Source: Gemmata obscuriglobus
GTDB lineage: Bacteria > Planctomycetota > Planctomycetia > Gemmatales > Gemmataceae
Direction: 5' to 3'
Length of the DNA: 32,000 nucleotides
NCBI RefSeq assembly: GCF_008065095.1
Contig: NZ_CP042911.1
Span: 8,070,001-8,102,000 of the forward strand
Shown: positions 1 to 7,625 of the stretch, one piece after another
Numbering within the stretch: the stretch's first letter is position 1
Layout: every line of letters starts with the position of its first letter
Notes under the pieces: model-generated
Database searches by the model: none
Told to the model about the DNA's origin: nothing
Seen by the model: the letters and a program-made list of their open reading frames with translations, nothing else
Made by a program: the position numbers and the translations under genes

Positions 1-134
1 GGGAGTTCGTGGTGGAGGGCATCCACACGACGATCCCGATCCTGAAAACCATCTTCGACAACGAAGACTTCATCGCGGGCAACGTGGACACGACGTACAT
101 CGAGCGCGTGATGATGCCCCCCAAGGTCAGTTAA
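1..134 (+). CDS. accC: biotin carboxylase (acetyl-CoA carboxylase subunit), last 43 codons; 5' end outside window
   Basis: Frame 3 reads EFVVEGIHTTIPILKTIFDNEDFIAGNVDTTYIERVMMPPKVS, then TAA at 132-134. The G-I-x-T-T-I-P...F-x-x-G-x-x-x-T-x-Y-I-E tail is the conserved end of the biotin-carboxylase C-terminal domain. The protein stops right after it, as in stand-alone AccC. Confidence 0.65.
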   Translation, partial: EFVVEGIHTTIPILKTIFDNEDFIAGNVDTTYIERVMMPPKVS

Positions 135-589
135 ACGATAGCGGCGCGTACGCGGTGGCCGGCCCCAATCGGCCGCCGCGCACGTGCCGTCGTCCGGCTC
201 CTCTCCCACTCAGCCGAAGTACCGTTTCTCATTGCGTAACGCGCGGCACTGCTTCACAATCAGTCAGCGATGGTCCCCGACCGTGTGACGAGGTGAAGTC
301 CCGCCGTGGCGGTTTGCCCCATGCTCCTCTTGGTGTTTCTCCCCACGCTGGCTCTGCCGTTCTGCCGTCCCGTGGTGCCCACTCCCCCGATGGCATCGGT
401 CCCCCCGGCCGCCGGGCTGAATTGCGTTCCTGGAACCAGTAGGTGGCAGTTTGAGGCACAAGAGTAACCGGGCCACCGGATCGTTCCAAACCGTGAAGGG
501 CGGTCGGTCGATCGATAAAGAACAGACGCAAAGGTAGCGGCGTTTGTCAGTACCGCGGCGCTGGTGCCGTAGTTCGTCCGGAGTTGCCC

Positions 590-970
590 ATGCCCATTAC
601 GATTAACTGTAAGTGCGGAAAAATCTTACGCGTGCCCGATGCGTCCGCGGGCAAGCGGGCTAAGTGCCCCGTTTGCAACTCCGTTTTCACCGTACCCGAG
701 CCCGAGCCAGTGCTGGAAATCGTTGAGGTTCTGGATGTCGCGGAGGTCGTGCCGCCCCCGCTGCCGCCCGAACCGGAACAGCCGCCGGCGGTTCCCAGAC
801 CGTCCGGGTATCGCAAGCCACAACTCGAAGACGACGAAGAGGACAAAAGCACCTACGGCTTGGCCGAGTCGGAACCGACCAGTTCCGCCCTCGACCGCGA
901 CGGTAACGCGCGCCAGAAGGGCACGAAGGGGCTTCCGAATTTTAACAAAGGTCGCAAGAACTACGGCTGA
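590..970 (+). CDS. small zinc-ribbon protein (CxC...CPxC) with Pro/Glu-rich tail
   Basis: The ORF track gives 584..970 from a TTG. I prefer ATG at 590, which has GGAG at 580-583. The N-terminus MPITINCKCGKILRVPDASAGKRAKCPVC has four Cys in zinc-ribbon spacing. It is paralogous to the next gene; the first 11 nt, ATGCCCATTAC, are identical. Confidence 0.55.
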   Translation: MPITINCKCGKILRVPDASAGKRAKCPVCNSVFTVPEPEPVLEIVEVLDVAEVVPPPLPPEPEQPPAVPRPSGYRKPQLEDDEEDKSTYGLAESEPTSSALDRDGNARQKGTKGLPNFNKGRKNYG

Positions 971-996
971 CGTTATTCCCTCACTCACCGATTCGA

Positions 997-1509
997 ATGC
1001 CCATTACTTTTGACTGCGCGTGCGGTCGGCACTTCAGCGTGTCCGACGAGTACGCGGGGAAACGCACCAAATGCCCGTCGTGCGCCGCGCCGCTCACGGT
1101 GCCGGCGCCGGAAGTGGCGGCCCTCGCACCGGCGTCCGAGGAGGAGGCCGCGTACCGGGCGCTGATGGACAGCCCCGAACCGGAGCCGGCAAACGCGCCG
1201 GCCTGGAGCGCTCCGCGTCCGGAACCGGACGAGCCGGCTCCGAAGCCCAAACCCAAAATCCCGGCTCTTGAGAAGCGCCGGTCCGTTCCGTCGGCCCCGC
1301 GGGCGGACGACTACGACCCGCCCCCGTCGCGCGGCGGCGGGATTCACATCTCCTCCGGCGTGCTCGGCGGGTGTGGGATGATGCTGGGCGCGGTGGTGTG
1401 GTTCGGGCTGGGCTGGGCCGCCGGGGTCATCTACTTCTACCCGCCGGTCCTGTTCGTGTTCGGACTGGTGGCCGTGGTCCGCGGGCTGCTCGGTCACTCC
1501 GAGGACTGA
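997..1509 (+). CDS. zinc-ribbon membrane protein (paralog of 590..970, with two C-terminal TM helices)
   Basis: MPITFDCACGRHFSVSDEYAGKRTKCPSCAAPLTVPAPE has the same CxCG...AGKR.KCP.C module. A Pro/Glu-rich linker follows, then the hydrophobic stretch GVLGGCGMMLGAVVWFGLGWAAGVIYFYPPVLFVFGLVAVV. Confidence 0.6.
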   Translation: MPITFDCACGRHFSVSDEYAGKRTKCPSCAAPLTVPAPEVAALAPASEEEAAYRALMDSPEPEPANAPAWSAPRPEPDEPAPKPKPKIPALEKRRSVPSAPRADDYDPPPSRGGGIHISSGVLGGCGMMLGAVVWFGLGWAAGVIYFYPPVLFVFGLVAVVRGLLGHSED

Positions 1510-1599
1510 CCGCACCGGCGCCGGGCGCCGCCCATACAATTCCGGTAAGGCGAGCGGGGGGCGTATGCCCCCTGTTTGCGTTTTCACGGAGAACCGAAC

Positions 1600-3024
1600 A
1601 TGTCCGACGTTCGTGAAACGGCGCTCCTCGTTATCGGCGGCGGCCCCGGCGGGTACCCCGCCGCCCTGCACGCGGCCGATAGCGGCATCAAGGTCACGCT
1701 GGTGGACGAAGGCGCGAAGCTCGGCGGCGTGTGCCTGAACCGCGGGTGCATCCCCAGCAAAGCGCTGCTGCACACGGCCAAGATCATTCGCGAAGCGCAC
1801 GAAATGGCCGCTTACGGAGTCACGTTCGGCGAACCGAAACTCGACCTCGCCAAGCTACGCGACTTCGTGCAGGCGAAGGTGGTCGGCAAGCTCACCGGCG
1901 GCATCGGGCAGCTCACGAAAGGCCGCGGGGTCGACGTGGTGAAGGGCCGCGCGGTCTTCACCTCCCCCAACACGGTGGAGGTGACCGGCGACCAGCCCCA
2001 GACCATCAAGTTCCAGAACTGCATCATCGCGACCGGGTCGCTGCCGGCGATCCCGAAACAGTGGCAGATCAACGACGACCGCGTGATGGACAGCACCGGC
2101 GCCCTGCTACTGCCGGACGTGCCCAAGAAGCTGCTCGTCATCGGCGGCGGTTACATTGGGCTGGAGATCGGCAGCGTGTACGCGGCGCTGGGGAGCAAGG
2201 TCACGGTGGTGGAGGCGCTCGAACGCCTCCTGTTCATGGCCGATAAGGACCTGGTCGATCCGCTGGAGCGGAAGCTCAAGACCGAGTTCGAGGCGATCTA
2301 CACGTCCACGAAGGTGATGGGGCTGGAAGCCACGCCCGAAGGGATCGTGGTGAAGCTCGAAGGGGCCGGCGCGCCCGCGTCGCTCACCTTCGACCGCGTG
2401 TTGATTTCCGTGGGCCGGCGGCCGAACTCCGCGGGGCTGGGGCTCGACAAGGCCGGGGTGAACGTGACCGACCGGGGGTTCATCCCGATCGACAAACAGC
2501 GCCGCACCAACGTGCCGCACATTTTCGCGATCGGCGACGTGGGCGAGGAGCCCGGCCTCGCGCACAAAGCGACGGCAGAGGCACGAGTTGCGGTGGAAGT
2601 GCTCCACGGCGAGCCGGCCGAATGGAACCCGCGGGCCATTCCCGCTGTCATCTTCACAGACCCCGAAATCGCCTGGGCCGGGATCACCCAGAAGGAAGCG
2701 GAAGAGAAGAAGGTTCCGCACGAGGTGCTCACGTTCCCGTGGGCGGCGAGCGGCCGGGCCGTGAGCATCGCGCGCACGGAGGGCCGCACGAAGATGATCG
2801 TCGATCCGGAAACCAAGCGGGTGCTGGGGGTCGGGATCGTCGGGGCGGGGGCCGGCGAGATGATCGCCGAAGGGGTGCTCGCCATCGAGATGGGCGCGGT
2901 GGCGCGGGACGTGTTAGAGAGTATTCACCCGCACCCGACGCTCAGCGAGACGGTGATGGAGAGCGCCGAACTGGCCTACGGGGCCGCGACCCACGTCGCG
3001 AAGCCGCGCAAGGCGGCGAAGTAA
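1600..3024 (+). CDS. lpdA: dihydrolipoyl dehydrogenase (E3 component)
   Basis: Motifs: FAD-binding GGGPGGY, the redox disulfide [13 protein letters not shown], and the C-terminal HPHPTLSE interface motif. ATG at 1600 is preceded by GGAG at 1588-1591. The ORF track's 1576 is an upstream TTG extension. Confidence 0.92.
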   Translation: MSDVRETALLVIGGGPGGYPAALHAADSGIKVTLVDEGAKLGGVCLNRGCIPSKALLHTAKIIREAHEMAAYGVTFGEPKLDLAKLRDFVQAKVVGKLTGGIGQLTKGRGVDVVKGRAVFTSPNTVEVTGDQPQTIKFQNCIIATGSLPAIPKQWQINDDRVMDSTGALLLPDVPKKLLVIGGGYIGLEIGSVYAALGSKVTVVEALERLLFMADKDLVDPLERKLKTEFEAIYTSTKVMGLEATPEGIVVKLEGAGAPASLTFDRVLISVGRRPNSAGLGLDKAGVNVTDRGFIPIDKQRRTNVPHIFAIGDVGEEPGLAHKATAEARVAVEVLHGEPAEWNPRAIPAVIFTDPEIAWAGITQKEAEEKKVPHEVLTFPWAASGRAVSIARTEGRTKMIVDPETKRVLGVGIVGAGAGEMIAEGVLAIEMGAVARDVLESIHPHPTLSETVMESAELAYGAATHVAKPRKAAK

Positions 3025-3079
3025 CGTACTCCATGGCGGGCGGGACAATTGCTCTCGCCCGCCGGAGCGAGAGGGACGA

Positions 3080-3886
3080 ATGACCGAGGCCGACTGGTGG
3101 GCGACATCGTACCCCGACAAACTGCTGAACTGGCTCTTTTACACCGCGCAGGCGTCCGAGCGCAAGTTCCGGCTGTTCTCGCTCGCGTGCTGCCGCCAGG
3201 TGGGCGACCTGCTCGCCGACAGCGCGTTCCCGCAACTCCTGGTTTTGATGGAGGTTCTGGCCGACGACCCGGTTGACGCGGCGAAGATCGAGCGGCTCCG
3301 GCGTGCCGGCCGGGACAACCTGTACTCGGTCAGTTCCGCCCACCGGACCCCGAAGTGGCACGCGCGGAACGCCGCGCTGTGCGGAACCGGTGCGCTGTGG
3401 GAGGGCCGCGGGTGGCAGTCGCGGCCGGCGTACTGGGAATACGTGTACCAGAATTCGGAAGGCGGCTGGCTGCTCGGCCCGTTCCCGCACGTCGTCTCGG
3501 AGGCCGTGTTCTGCGCTCACCCGCGGAGCGAACAGGCCGAAGCGCTGGCGCACCAGTTGCGAGTGATCCGCGACCTGTTCGGGCCGCTCCCGTTCCGGGA
3601 CATAACCGTACCCCAGGCGTGGCTCACGTCCGACGTGCTGGCGCTGGCCCGCGGCATCTACGACGAGCACGCGTTCGAGCGGATGCCGATTCTGGCCGAC
3701 GCGCTCCAGGAAGCGGGCTGCGACAACGACGACATCCTGGACCACTGCCGCCACGAGCCGTTCTTCGTCGGCGGTGACGCGCCCAAGCACCGCTCGGCCG
3801 CGTCCGGCCACGTGCGCGGGTGCTGGGTCATCGACCTTCTATTGCGCCGCCCGTGGCGATCCGCCCGTCCGCACCCGCGGAGGTGA
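3080..3886 (+). CDS. hypothetical protein of the planctomycete 'SERKFRLF..ACCR ... ILADALQEAGC..ILDHCR...HVRGCWVIDLLL' family
   Basis: 268-aa ORF. The N-terminal SERKFRLFSLACCRQV block and the C-terminal MPILADALQEAGCDNDDILDHCR...HVRGCWVIDLLL block match a family I recognise from Gemmata-type genomes; function is unknown. A purine-rich GAGAGGGA lies just upstream of the ATG. Confidence 0.65.
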   Translation: MTEADWWATSYPDKLLNWLFYTAQASERKFRLFSLACCRQVGDLLADSAFPQLLVLMEVLADDPVDAAKIERLRRAGRDNLYSVSSAHRTPKWHARNAALCGTGALWEGRGWQSRPAYWEYVYQNSEGGWLLGPFPHVVSEAVFCAHPRSEQAEALAHQLRVIRDLFGPLPFRDITVPQAWLTSDVLALARGIYDEHAFERMPILADALQEAGCDNDDILDHCRHEPFFVGGDAPKHRSAASGHVRGCWVIDLLLRRPWRSARPHPRR

Positions 3887-3929
3887 GCTGGTAGAATGCT
3901 CCCGAACCCTCTGGGAACAGGAGCAACCC

Positions 3930-5435
3930 ATGCCGACGCCGCTCGCGGGATACACTCCGTACAAGAACCTGCCCCCACTCGCCGGGCTTTGTACCGTTGA
4001 AGAAGCGGCCAAGCCCGGGTTGTCGGTGGAGGAGTGCGTTCGGCGGCTGAAGCGGTTCCACTACTGTTTTAAGCGACTGCATCAGATCCTGACGGCCCGC
4101 ATCACCGCGGAGCCGATCTACGAACTCAAAACCGGTTTCGCTCACCACGCCTACCTCTGCGCCGAACACGTCACCGCGCTGCGCACGCGCATCGGCGAGA
4201 TGCGCGAACCGCCACTGGGACTCGAAGACGTGCCGCACCCGGCACTGGAAGTCTTCTTCGATGAGATCCTGTGCGCGCCAACGACGGAGGAGTTGGTGAG
4301 TGGGCACGGGGCGGCGGTGTACGCGCTCTGGAACGCCATCGCACAATATGAGGCGGACACCAACCCGCTCACGGACGCCCCGTCTCGCCGCCTGCTTCGC
4401 TTTGCTCGGATCGAAGTTGACGACATGATGAATTGGGGCAGTCTGGCCCTCAATGGAATTGCAGATCCCGAGAACGAAGCACAGCGCCTGGAGTGGTGCC
4501 GTTACCTCGGTCGGCTGCTCGAAGCGGCAGGCGGCCTCGACGGTTCACAAGAACCCACCCCCCAGCCCCCTCCCCGCAGGGAGGGGGAACAAGAAGGAGC
4601 ACCGACTTACTCTCCCTCCCTGCGGGGAGGGGGCTGGGGGGCAGGGCCGCCGCGCCGTTATTCCGCAACACCCTACCAGTACGACCCGGTCCCGAAGCGC
4701 GATGAGCGGTTCACCGATCCGTGGAACCAGGGCGTGAACGCGGAAGCGTTCCTCTACAACGAGGCGTACCCGGCCCGCGCCAAGGCGCTGATGATGCTCT
4801 ACAAGCGCCTGCGCGAGATCGATGTGCCCGAGATGATGGCGAGCATCATCGCCCAGACGCCGGGCAAGCCGTGGGGGTACTACCGCGACATGTCGCGCCA
4901 GTTGTGGGACGAGGCCCGGCACGCGATGATGGGCGAAGTCGGGTTCGTCGCGCTCGGCGTCGACTGGACGAAGGCCAAGATCACGTTCAACTGGTCGCAC
5001 CGGCTCAACACCGAATGCACCCCGATGGAGCGGCACGGGGTGCTGTACTTCATCGAGCAGGGGCTGATGCCGCGCACCGGCAAGCGGTACGAGTTCGAGG
5101 TGGGACAGGCGTCCGGGCTGCCGCTCATCGCCACCATTCAGGACTTCGACTGGGCGGACGAGGTGCTGCACTCGCAGATCGGCCGGTCGTGGTACGTGCC
5201 GCAGTTCGGTAGCCTACGCGAGGCGCTCGACTACGGCGACGCGGCGTGGTCGAAGGTGCTGAGCAACTGGGCCACCGTAAAGGAACAGGGACTGACGCAG
5301 CACGAAAACTGGTGGCCCGCGGTGTACCGCATGGCGTGCGCCGCGGACGGCACGGAGCCGGACCCGCAGGCGCTCGCGTTCGCCGAAACCTACGAGGCGA
5401 AGCGCGCCGACCTCCAGCGGATCGCCGCGGAGTAG
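3930..5435 (+). CDS. ferritin-like (DUF455-type, putative di-iron) protein carrying an in-frame repeat insertion
   Basis: ATG at 3930 has AGGAG at 3919-3923. The 3774 start in the ORF track overlaps the previous gene. The C-terminal half carries WDEARHAMMGE and DWADEVLHSQIG (ExxH-type carboxylate/His motifs). Confidence 0.7.
   Translation: MPTPLAGYTPYKNLPPLAGLCTVEEAAKPGLSVEECVRRLKRFHYCFKRLHQILTARITAEPIYELKTGFAHHAYLCAEHVTALRTRIGEMREPPLGLEDVPHPALEVFFDEILCAPTTEELVSGHGAAVYALWNAIAQYEADTNPLTDAPSRRLLRFARIEVDDMMNWGSLALNGIADPENEAQRLEWCRYLGRLLEAAGGLDGSQEPTPQPPPRREGEQEGAPTYSPSLRGGGWGAGPPRRYSATPYQYDPVPKRDERFTDPWNQGVNAEAFLYNEAYPARAKALMMLYKRLREIDVPEMMASIIAQTPGKPWGYYRDMSRQLWDEARHAMMGEVGFVALGVDWTKAKITFNWSHRLNTECTPMERHGVLYFIEQGLMPRTGKRYEFEVGQASGLPLIATIQDFDWADEVLHSQIGRSWYVPQFGSLREALDYGDAAWSKVLSNWATVKEQGLTQHENWWPAVYRMACAADGTEPDPQALAFAETYEAKRADLQRIAAE
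4558..4641. repeat. perfect 28-bp inverted repeat (28-nt spacer) embedded in frame in the ferritin-like CDS
   Basis: 4558-4585 CCCCCCAGCCCCCTCCCCGCAGGGAGGG is the exact reverse complement of 4614-4641. Each arm also contains a small CCTCC/GGAGG hairpin. In the gene frame it translates as PQPPPRREGEQEGAPTYSPSLRGGGWG. Confidence 0.85.
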
Positions 5436-5448
5436 CTGCGTTCGCTGC

Positions 5449-6744
5449 TCAAGAGACAGGTTCGGGAGAATTCCTGCGCGCCAGCGCCATCCCAGCGAGC
5501 AGCAAGAACACCGCGCCGATTCCCGCGGCCATGCCGAACAGTACCGGGCCGACGCCCGCCACCGTGATCGCATGCCCCGCGAGCAGGTGCCCGATCGGGG
5601 CGCTGCCGCTCAGCGTCATGGCCCAGACCGCCATGACTCGGCCCCGCACCTCGTCCGGCACCGCGAGTTGGAGCGTTGACTGCGCGGTGGAAAGGAACAG
5701 GATCATCCCGAACCCGACCGCCGCGCAACACCCGCACGCGAGCCCGATTACCTGGGCGAAACCCAAGCCCGCCATGCCCGCGGCGCACGCCGCCGCGCCC
5801 GTGATCAGGAACGCGCCGCGCCGAGATACGCTGCCGAACGTCGCGGTGGCGAGCGCCGCCCCCAGCGCCCCCGCCCCGAGCGAACTCAGCAGTAAGCTGT
5901 ATGCCTCCTCCTTCAGCCCAAGCTGGAGTCGGGTGTACGCGGGCAGGACGGTAATCACCGGCCACCCGAACGCGCTGAGCGCGAACGTGAACAGCACCAC
6001 CGCGCCGAGCGCCGGGTGCTCGCGCAGGTAGAGGACGCCGGCGAGAGGCGAAGCCGCCGGCTTCTCGTGCCGCCGCGGCTCCGGAATGCGCCGCAGCGCC
6101 CGCAACACCGCCAGGAAGCTCAGCGCGTTCAGCGCGAAGCACGTGGTCGCGCCGATCGTGACACCGCTCGCCCCTTCGGGTAAATGCGGCGCGACCTTGC
6201 CCGCCGCAACGAACAGAAACCCCGCGATCGCAGGCCCGATCGCGCGGGCGGAGTTGAACACCAGCGAGTTCAGCCCCACCGCGTTGATCAGGTCTTCTTT
6301 GGGCACGAGGTCCGGGACGAACGCCAAACGGGCAGGGAAATCGACCGCCTGGATCACCCCGTTGAACCCGATCAGCGCCAGCACGAGGTACGGCGTAGCC
6401 ACCCCGGTCCCGACCAGCACGGTAAGAACGACCGCGTTCACCAGGAACGCGGTCTGCGTGAAGAGTACGAGCGTGCGCTTCGGATAGCGGTCGGCGAGCG
6501 CACCGCCCCACGCACCGAACGCGAGGGTCGGACCGACCTGGGCCACCAGCAGCCACGACGGCCAGCGCGGGTCGCCGGTGCGGTCGTACATGAGCCACAT
6601 GAGCGCCGCGGACTGCATCCACGTGCCGACGAACGACACGATCTGCCCCGCGAAGTAGCGGCGGTAGTTGCGGTGCCGCAGCGAGCGGAACGTGGTGTCC
6701 CGGAGCGTCGCCAGCATTCGTCGTCCGGTGCGCGAAAGGGCCAT
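5449..6744 (-). CDS. MFS transporter (MFS_3 / enterobactin-exporter-like subfamily)
   Basis: 431 aa with about 12 hydrophobic segments. The N-terminus FRSLRHRNYRRYFAGQIVSFVGTWMQSAALMWL...GGALADRYPKR is typical of this MFS subfamily. ATG at 6744. Confidence 0.85.
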   Translation of the reverse strand: MALSRTGRRMLATLRDTTFRSLRHRNYRRYFAGQIVSFVGTWMQSAALMWLMYDRTGDPRWPSWLLVAQVGPTLAFGAWGGALADRYPKRTLVLFTQTAFLVNAVVLTVLVGTGVATPYLVLALIGFNGVIQAVDFPARLAFVPDLVPKEDLINAVGLNSLVFNSARAIGPAIAGFLFVAAGKVAPHLPEGASGVTIGATTCFALNALSFLAVLRALRRIPEPRRHEKPAASPLAGVLYLREHPALGAVVLFTFALSAFGWPVITVLPAYTRLQLGLKEEAYSLLLSSLGAGALGAALATATFGSVSRRGAFLITGAAACAAGMAGLGFAQVIGLACGCCAAVGFGMILFLSTAQSTLQLAVPDEVRGRVMAVWAMTLSGSAPIGHLLAGHAITVAGVGPVLFGMAAGIGAVFLLLAGMALARRNSPEPVS

Positions 6745-6980
6745 CGGGGTTGGTTTACGGAAGTGCGGGCCGCGCGTTGCGCCTGGAACTGGTCGCGCGG
6801 CTCGACGCGGTCACGAACGCCGTGACTCAAACCAGTTTCCCGGCGGGCGGCAGACGGTCTCGCACCGGCGTGTGCTCACCTTGCGAGGCAATCCGCGGGT
6901 CACCTGACGGCTTTTAACGGGGCGCGCCCGGGCCGTCGCGGTATCCTGAACGCACACAACCGCTACAGGAGTGCCTCCCG

Positions 6981-7601
6981 ATGTCCGAACCGATAGACCG
7001 CCGCACGTTCGCGGCGCTGACCGCGACCGTCGTGCTCGGTCGCGAAGCCCTGAGCGCCGACACACCGGCGGAGGTGGCGCCGCTGCCGCACGCCAAGGCC
7101 ACCGAGGCGCCCTTCACCCGCGACTACCCCAAGCCGGGGTTTAACCCGGCGTGGCGCCGGCCGCAAATCAACAAACTCATGGTGCAGGACTTCGTCATCT
7201 TCGCGCACACCGACATCGCGATGGTGAAGAAGCTCCTCGACCGCGAGCCCGCGCTGGCGAACGCGTTCATGGACTGGGGCGGGGGCGACTGGGAGAGCGG
7301 GCTCGGCGCCGCGGCGCACATGGGCAACCGCGAGATGGTCGCGCTGCTCCTCGAGCGCGGCGCTCGGATGGACATCTTCTGCGCCACGATGATGGGGCAG
7401 CTCGAGGCGGTGAAGGCGTTCCTCACGCTCCAGCCGAAGCTGATCGACGCGAAGGGGCCGCACGGGTTCAGCCTGCACTTCCACGCGCAGCTCGCCGGTC
7501 CCGATGCGGACAGGATGGTGGATTACCTGCAATCGGTGAAGAAGATCGAGCTGAAGCCCAACCCGTTCCTGAACATGAAAAAGGGCGGGGACAAAAAGTA
7601 A
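6981..7601 (+). CDS. ankyrin-repeat protein with twin-arginine (Tat) signal
   Basis: N-terminal DRRTFAALTATVVLG is a Tat-type signal. GAAAHMGNREMVALLLERGARMD and GQLEAVKAFL are ankyrin repeat consensus. AGGAG at 6966-6970. Confidence 0.75.
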   Translation: MSEPIDRRTFAALTATVVLGREALSADTPAEVAPLPHAKATEAPFTRDYPKPGFNPAWRRPQINKLMVQDFVIFAHTDIAMVKKLLDREPALANAFMDWGGGDWESGLGAAAHMGNREMVALLLERGARMDIFCATMMGQLEAVKAFLTLQPKLIDAKGPHGFSLHFHAQLAGPDADRMVDYLQSVKKIELKPNPFLNMKKGGDKK

Positions 7602-7625
7602 CGCCCGCGTTCGCCCGGGCGGCGG

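Noticed and set aside
985-1800. 271-aa minus-strand ORF spanning the second zinc-ribbon gene and the lpdA start
   Set aside because: Its composition is Arg/Gly/Pro/Ala-dominated. It is antisense to ORFs with clear motifs (zinc ribbon, lpdA FAD-binding site). This is the typical shadow ORF of GC-rich DNA.
3035-3063. GC hairpin (GGCGGGCG ... CGCCCGCC) after lpdA as a terminator
   Set aside because: It has a 13-nt loop and no T-tract, and it sits directly in front of the RBS of the next gene. Not enough evidence to call a terminator.
3774-3929. Upstream extension of the ferritin-like ORF (track start 3774)
   Set aside because: It overlaps the 3' end of the preceding gene and is Arg/Ala/Gly-rich. 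A good AGGAG-ATG start exists at 3930.
5390-6622. 410-aa minus-strand ORF out of frame with the MFS transporter; also the plus-strand ORFs 5246..6031 and 6184..6825
   Set aside because: Extreme Arg/Gly/Ala content. They occupy the same DNA as an ORF with obvious 12-TM MFS character. No motifs.
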